A DNA stretch of 63,056 bases, filler included, from Octopus bimaculoides (Eukaryota), in the NCBI RefSeq assembly GCF_001194135.2. It is 6 parts of 5 records of this genome, joined end to end, with 100 filler letters (N's around TTAATTAATTAA, not from the genome) between each part and the next. Parts side by side here need not be neighbours in the genome. Positions count along the whole stretch, not along the records: positions 57,568 to 61,786 come from NC_069001.1; positions 61,887 to 63,056 come from NW_026323720.1; 4 more parts are not named here. The stretch is one strand, 5' to 3'. The position numbers were made by a program, and so were the translations under genes. The notes beneath the pieces are model-generated. The model searched no databases and had not been told where the DNA came from. It saw only the letters and a program-made list of their open reading frames with translations. Shown here one piece after another: positions 59,695 through 63,056 of the stretch. Positions within the stretch are counted from its first letter, which is position 1. Each line of letters starts with the position of its first letter.

Positions 59695-60721
59695 GACTTG
59701 ATTCTTGAAACATGACTTACTTCATTTGTCGACTATTGGTCCTGAGAAAATGAAAAGAGCAAAATTGACAATGGCGGGATTTGAACCCAGTGTGTAAAGA
59801 GTCGAAATACTGTAAGATATTCAATCCGATGAAGTCAACGTACAAAGGTTACTTGCACTTTCTTTCTTTCTTTCTTTCTCCCAACCTCCCCCTCTCCCTA
59901 TAATATAAATATATATAAATTCACCGTCTTTGAAGCCTCTCTTATGATGCAGTTGCTTCTCTCTCAACACAAAATCTCAGATCAAATCACTTGCTAAATG
60001 TATGCCACCCAGGAACTAACTGAAACATTTAAGGAAATTAAATCTCTAAAAATTTCCGTTGGAACTAATCTAAGCACCGTCCAATTTTTTAGATGTCACG
60101 TCAGATGTTATAGAAAAGCCAAACGAAGATATATTAACTGAGATTCTAACCGTCTGCTTACATTCATTAGATGTCTGTGACATTAATAAGATAACATCTA
60201 ATATATTCTACGACAAAACCATATTTAATCATGCTGCCGCACATTATTATAAGTAGGTGCTGAGAAAAAAAAAAAAGCAAACTTAAAAGAGAAACAGGAA
60301 TATATATAATAATAATGAGGAAACTCACAGAATAACAACACTAAAAAGAAAAAAGAATAAAAAAGCTAGTGAATCAGTCCTTTAGTATGAATATAACGTT
60401 TAAAATAGCCAGACAGTTCTCAGTGTTAATGAAAACATTCCTCCACCAACCACAGCTACCACAAACTGTTCAATAAACACAACGTAATGCCGAACTGTCG
60501 TTGTATGGAAAACACCGCCATTTTGATAACTGGAAGTAATATATCTAACTACAAAGGAAGAAGTAAAAGTCGCCAGCCGAATGTAATTTACAGCAATATG
60601 ATGTTCTCTTTGCTCATTGTCGGGTGTCGTACAAAGGTACGAGTCAAAGGAGCTAATATGTCGCCTCAAAACTCTGCCTAGAGAAATAGTATTGGGATTA
60701 CTGAAAACACAATTAAAAGGA

Positions 60722-60802
<81 letters not shown>

Positions 60803-61263
60803 ACAAGGTTCCACTCCTTCAGTAACAAAAACAGAAGAATTTCCTCATCATTATCGCAGTACATCTGGACTTTCAAGAAGAGTGAATTTGATAATACTCC
60901 TATGAAGTAGTCTTTAGTTAAAATTGCAGCATATATCAGAAGCATGTCACTTCTGTTTGTCTGAGCAGTATATCATGCAGAAATGATATCAAAACGAGAT
61001 ATGAGAATAAACATATCGCAAAGAATCTCTTTTACAGGGTATAATACTGCTTATTTATTTTTATATTTTTTTAATATCAAGGAAAATTACAAGAGATTGT
61101 CATCGTAATTCAGACGGAACAAGTATTACACGAGCTATTTTCTTCGTAATTAACAGTTTTCAGTTATTCGACGATATTTATAACTCTCACTATTACACAT
61201 ACACATATCTCTTTGCCTGTCTGTCTGTTTGTCTATCAGTCTATCTATCTGTCTGTCTGCCTG

Positions 61264-61322
<59 letters not shown>

Positions 61323-61454
61323 CTATGGACATATATACATTTATACATGCGTACAAACACACAAACATTTACATACATACATACATAATACATACATAAT
61401 ACATACATAATACATGCATACATACTTATACACATACAAATATGCACGCATACA

Positions 61455-61535
61455 CACATACATGAGAAAAATGGGATTAAAAAATCCTGACACACACACA
61501 CACACATGAGAAAAATGGGATTAAAAAATCCTGAC
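61455..61535. repeat. Short tandem duplication
   Basis: ACACACATGAGAAAAATGGGATTAAAAAATCCTGACA occurs twice. Confidence 0.9.
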
Positions 61536-61886
61536 AGATATCAAGTAAGCACTCAGCATTAAAGTATAAGGTTAAATTTCCAACAAGTAAATACCAGTAA
61601 ATGTATGTAGAATATAAATCCCAGGTAAATACTCGTGAATGACAGGTAAATTCACCAACCCTGATGCAGAATTTTAAGAAATTCAGAGTATTAACAGCAA
61701 TCAATAATAAGTACGAAGAAAATCATTGCATTAACATATACATACATACATACATACATACATACATACGTATATATATATATATANNNNNNNNNNNNNN
61801 NNNNNNNNNNNNNNNNNNNNNNNNNNNNNNTTAATTAATTAANNNNNNNNNNNNNNNNNNNNNNNNNNNNNNNNNNNNNNNNNNNN

Positions 61887-63056
61887 ATATATGTATGAAT
61901 GTGTATATATGTGTGTATCTATGCCTCTGTGTGTGTGTATATATATACACATACATACATAGAAGGGAGGCATGCACTAATGTAATGGTATATGAAGGAG
62001 AGGTGAGAGGAAAAGAAAAGAGGAGCGGGGGGAAGCTTGAGACAGAGAGGCTGAGGGGGAAGGATAAGCGGGGACGGAGTGGAGGAGATGGGTGTAGAGG
62101 AAAATGTTAGATGTGAGATGAAAGAGACGAAGATTAGAGGAAACAAATAATGGAAGATTAACCAGAATCGTTGATTTATACATATTTAACTATGCGTGTA
62201 CATACATACGTATACATATGGGTATATGTACGTATATATATATATGTGTGTGTATGTGTATATATATATGTATATATATATGTANNNNNNNNNNATATAT
62301 ATATGTGTGTGTATGTGTATATATATATGTATATATATATGTATACATATATATGTATATTTATGATGTACATATGCACACTTATGTACGTATGTATATA
62401 TGTATATGGTAGTGTGTGGTGTGTACATGTGTATATATGCCCTTATGCATGCATATAGATTCGTTTGATTTCAGCAAACACATTGGTCATACCTCTCTGT
62501 CTGTCTCTCCGCATATCTATCTATCTATCTATCTATATATATATATATNNNNNNNNNNATATATATATATATACATACATTATATATATATAATGTACAC
62601 GCATACACACACATATATATACATATGTATAGTGTGCATGTATGTTGATGTACAGATATGTATGAATTTATACCTACTCCTACAGCCTTTTGATATATGG
62701 TAAATTAAATGTGTATCTTTCTCTATATATTTACATTAATATCTGTATTTATCTGTATACAAACACACACATATATATAGACACACATGTATACATATGT
62801 GTGTGTGTTTGCATGTACATACATACATGCATATGGAATGTGTATGTGTATACAAATATATATATATATAGAAGCATGTATGAGTATATGCATATATATG
62901 TATATGTTGATATATATATGCTTATTTAAACATATATACCTATGTATATATGTAAATATATATACATACATACACACACATACATAGAAATATATCTAAA
63001 TATATACATATCTATATATATATATGCATGCACGCACACGCACACATAGAAATATA
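61887..63056. repeat. (TA)/(TG)/(TATG)-derived low-complexity tract
   Basis: Direct inspection. Confidence 0.9.

Overview
Eukaryotic, AT-rich (~33-35% GC by eye) draft-assembly DNA packed with microsatellites and repeats. The SINE families, RTE 3' tails and (TA)n/(CA)n/(ATAC)n density point to an octopod cephalopod, probably Octopus (inference, no database used). No protein-coding gene, rRNA, true tRNA or CRISPR array can be called with confidence, and nearly all ORF-track entries are artefacts of N-gaps and simple repeats. The window is a mosaic of six pieces joined by artificial 100-bp spacers (44 N + TTAATTAATTAA + 44 N). Best-supported biology: (1) a full-length but decayed Tc1-like transposon with TA TSD, 29-bp TIRs and a DD36E triad (Incomer-like spacing); (2) four co-oriented RTE LINE copies and a mariner remnant in a CpG-depleted 11-kb block bounded by two spacers; (3) R4/Dong-like and Tx1-like non-LTR 3' fragments abutting trinucleotide microsatellites; (4) Penelope-like fragments with degenerate hammerhead-ribozyme cores; (5) dozens of tRNA-derived SINEs, one nested in an older copy of itself. 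Speculative host signals: a phase-compatible chain of five minus-strand exons encoding a hydrophobic protein (14.3-23.6 kb) and a 251-codon low-complexity open frame with a PPxY motif (31.4-32.2 kb). Repeat boundaries are read by eye and approximate unless single-base evidence is quoted.
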